From positions 16,825 to 80,824 of the forward strand of contig JAQXAR010000041.1 of the NCBI GenBank assembly GCA_029252805.1: a stretch of 64,000 nt of DNA, in the 5' to 3' direction. Positions 61,746 to 64,000 of the stretch are shown piece by piece. A program made the position numbers and the translations under genes. Below the pieces are notes generated by a model that saw only the letters and a list, made by a program, of their open reading frames with translations, did not search any database and was not told the origin of the DNA. Source of the stretch: Rickettsiales bacterium (lineage in GTDB: Bacteria > Pseudomonadota > Alphaproteobacteria > Rickettsiales > JALZUV01). How positions within the stretch are numbered: the first letter of the stretch is position 1; each line of letters starts with the position of its first letter.

Positions 61746-64000
61746 CGCAATTCATCCATTTGCATTTGCGCACGGCATTCTCATTGCTGGAAGGCGCGAT
61801 TAAACCAAAAGATTTGGGCAAGCTCTGCGTGCAGTATGAAATGCCTGCCGTGGCGATTACCGATGTGAATAATTTGTTCGGCTCATTGGAGCTTGCGCAA
61901 GGGTTGGCCAAAGTCGGTGTGCAGCCGATTATGGGTTGCCAGTTAGATTTTGTTCCTTTGCCACAAGAAGGGATGCGGACGCATAATTTACGCCCAAAAC
62001 CTGAATCTATTGTGTTGTTGGCTCAAAATGAACAGGGCTATCACAATCTTCTGGAAGTGGCTTCAGGTGCGTATCTTGAATCAGCGCAAGAGGGTGAACC
62101 TATTCTGGATTGGAAGATTCTGGAGGGTAAAACCGACGGTCTGATTTGTTTGACCGGTGGTGAGGGTGGTCCACTGATTCAGCGCATTTTGCGGGGCCGT
62201 GGAGATGTGGCGGATCAATGGTTGAATAAGATGAAGCAGCTCTTTCCAGAGCGGCTGTATATTGAAATCCAACGCCATGATACGCCGGCGCAGTTAGAAC
62301 CTGAACCCGCATTATTGAAGCTAGCGGCGAAGCATAATTTGCCGATTGTCGCGACCAATGATGTCTATTTCGCAACGCGCAAAATGCATAAGGCGCATGA
62401 TGCATTGCTGTGTATTGCCGATGGTGCGTATGTTACGCAAGATGATCGTCGTCGGGTAACGCCAGAGCATTATTTCAAATCATCGGAAGAGATGGTGGAG
62501 CTGTTTTCTGATCTGCCTGAGGCGATTGAGAATACCCTCAATATTGCGAAACGTTGTTCGTTTATGTCACCCGCACGCGCGCCGATCTTACCGCGCTTTG
62601 GTGATATTGAAGAAGAAAAACGCCTATTGAAAGAGCAAGCGGAAGTTGGTTTGCAGCGCCGTATTGAGAAGCAAGTCTTTACCGATGACATGGACAAAGC
62701 GAAGCGTGAGCAAGTTGCGAAAGAATACACTGACCGTCTCGCTTATGAGTTAGATGTTATTAACGGAATGGGCTTCCCGGGGTATTTCCTCATCGTTGCG
62801 GACTTTATTGAATGGACAAAAGATAATGATATTCCTGTGGGGCCGGGGCGTGGTTCTGGTGCAGGGTCTGTCGTCGCATGGTCTTTGCTGATTACGGATT
62901 TGGATCCCTTACGTTATGGATTGCTGTTTGAGCGTTTCTTGAATCCAGAACGTGTATCGATGCCCGATTTTGATATCGATTTTTGTCAGGACCGTCGTGA
63001 CGAAGTGATTCGTTACGTGCAGCAAAAATATGGCGCCAGCCAAGTGGCGCAAATCATCACGTTTGGTAAACTGCAAGCGCGTGCGGTCTTGCGCGATGTG
63101 GGGCGTGTGTTGCAACTGCCTTATGGTCAGGTGGATCGCATTACCAAGCTTGTTCCTAATAATCCAGCCGCCCCGTGCACGCTACAAGAAGCGATTGATC
63201 AGGAACCAACTTTGCGTGAGGCGATCCGTGAAGAAGAAGATACGGAGCGGATGGTCGAGATTGCGTTGCAATTGGAGGGGCTATACCGTCATGCCTCGAC
63301 TCATGCGGCGGGTGTGGTCATTGGTGATAGGCCGCTTGTAGAGCTTTTGCCGCTCTATCGTGATCCGCGTTCGGATATGCTGGTCGTCCAGTACTCGATG
63401 AAATATGCGGAGGCAGCAGGCCTCGTAAAGTTTGACTTTTTAGGACTCAAAACACTCACGGTTTTGGAGACGGCGCGTAAGTTCATCAAAGAAAATGAGA
63501 AGGTTGAATTAGACCTCCTTATGCTGCCTGAGGGTGATGAGGTGACGTATAAAATGTTGGGTGAAGGCGATGCAACGGGAGTGTTCCAGCTGGAATCCTC
63601 CGGCATGCGCGACACGCTGCGTAAGCTGAAACCCGATAGTTTGGAAGATATTATTGCATTAGTGTCGCTCTATCGTCCGGGGCCGATGGATAATATTCCG
63701 ACCTATATTGCGCGCAAGCACGGCAGAGAAGAGCCAGAATATTTGCATCCTGATTTGGAGCCAATTCTCTCTGAGACGTTCGGTGTGATGATCTATCAGG
63801 AACAGGTGATGCAAATCGCGCAGAAGCTTGCGAGCTATAGTCTCGGTGAAGCTGATTTGCTGCGTCGCGCGATGGGTAAGAAGATCGCAGCAGAGATGGA
63901 GTCGCAGCGTGCGTTATTCACCGAGCGGTCAGTGAATAACGGTATTAAAGAAGCGACAGCGAAGGCGATTTTCGACCTAATGGCGAAGTTTGCGAGCTAT
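61742..64000 (+). CDS. dnaE: DNA polymerase III alpha subunit, N-terminal ~753 aa (3' end outside window)
   Basis: The ATG at 61742 overlaps the lolD TGA. PHP domain 'FIHLHLRTAFSLLEGA' and palm 'GPGRGSGAGSVVAWSL', 'FERFLNPERVSMPDFDIDF'. The frame stays open to the window edge. Confidence 0.96.
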   Translation, partial: MTQFIHLHLRTAFSLLEGAIKPKDLGKLCVQYEMPAVAITDVNNLFGSLELAQGLAKVGVQPIMGCQLDFVPLPQEGMRTHNLRPKPESIVLLAQNEQGYHNLLEVASGAYLESAQEGEPILDWKILEGKTDGLICLTGGEGGPLIQRILRGRGDVADQWLNKMKQLFPERLYIEIQRHDTPAQLEPEPALLKLAAKHNLPIVATNDVYFATRKMHKAHDALLCIADGAYVTQDDRRRVTPEHYFKSSEEMVELFSDLPEAIENTLNIAKRCSFMSPARAPILPRFGDIEEEKRLLKEQAEVGLQRRIEKQVFTDDMDKAKREQVAKEYTDRLAYELDVINGMGFPGYFLIVADFIEWTKDNDIPVGPGRGSGAGSVVAWSLLITDLDPLRYGLLFERFLNPERVSMPDFDIDFCQDRRDEVIRYVQQKYGASQVAQIITFGKLQARAVLRDVGRVLQLPYGQVDRITKLVPNNPAAPCTLQEAIDQEPTLREAIREEEDTERMVEIALQLEGLYRHASTHAAGVVIGDRPLVELLPLYRDPRSDMLVVQYSMKYAEAAGLVKFDFLGLKTLTVLETARKFIKENEKVELDLLMLPEGDEVTYKMLGEGDATGVFQLESSGMRDTLRKLKPDSLEDIIALVSLYRPGPMDNIPTYIARKHGREEPEYLHPDLEPILSETFGVMIYQEQVMQIAQKLASYSLGEADLLRRAMGKKIAAEMESQRALFTERSVNNGIKEATAKAIFDLMAKFASY

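Overview
Gene-dense, mostly housekeeping chromosomal segment, most likely from an alphaproteobacterium. This is inferred from a DivL-type kinase with Tyr in the H-box and from the synteny blocks ppiD-trpEGDC, tpiA-secG-pyrG, argD-argF-hslO and proS-lolC-lolD-dnaE. I call about 59 CDS covering amino-acid, nucleotide and cofactor biosynthesis, aminoacyl-tRNA synthetases, gyrA, dnaE, envelope functions, an ExbB-ExbD-ExbD-TonB module and hppA. I recognised no rRNA, tRNA, CRISPR array, IS/transposase, integrase, prophage or known defence genes. All intergenic spacers are about 150 nt or shorter, and many neighbouring genes overlap at their start or stop codons, including three convergent pairs that share 4 nt. 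I did not find a convincing multi-gene novel system. The best leads are isolated orphan genes sitting at junctions between conserved blocks: (1) a Cys/His-rich lipoprotein translationally coupled to gyrA; (2) two Cys-free, Gly/Ala-rich orphan proteins at 43814-44503 and 51898-52488; (3) a membrane-anchored phosphodiester-glycosidase-like protein preceded by a 23-bp hairpin; (4) a possible MlaC-like periplasmic protein paired with a GAF-HD-GYP protein; (5) one copy of a palindromic 'LLRFARNDE'-type intergenic repeat. Functional calls rest on motif recognition in the supplied translations. No database search was run. The ORF track prints alternative start codons as M, and several starts were re-set by me from RBS and homology logic, so they are uncertain by a few codons.
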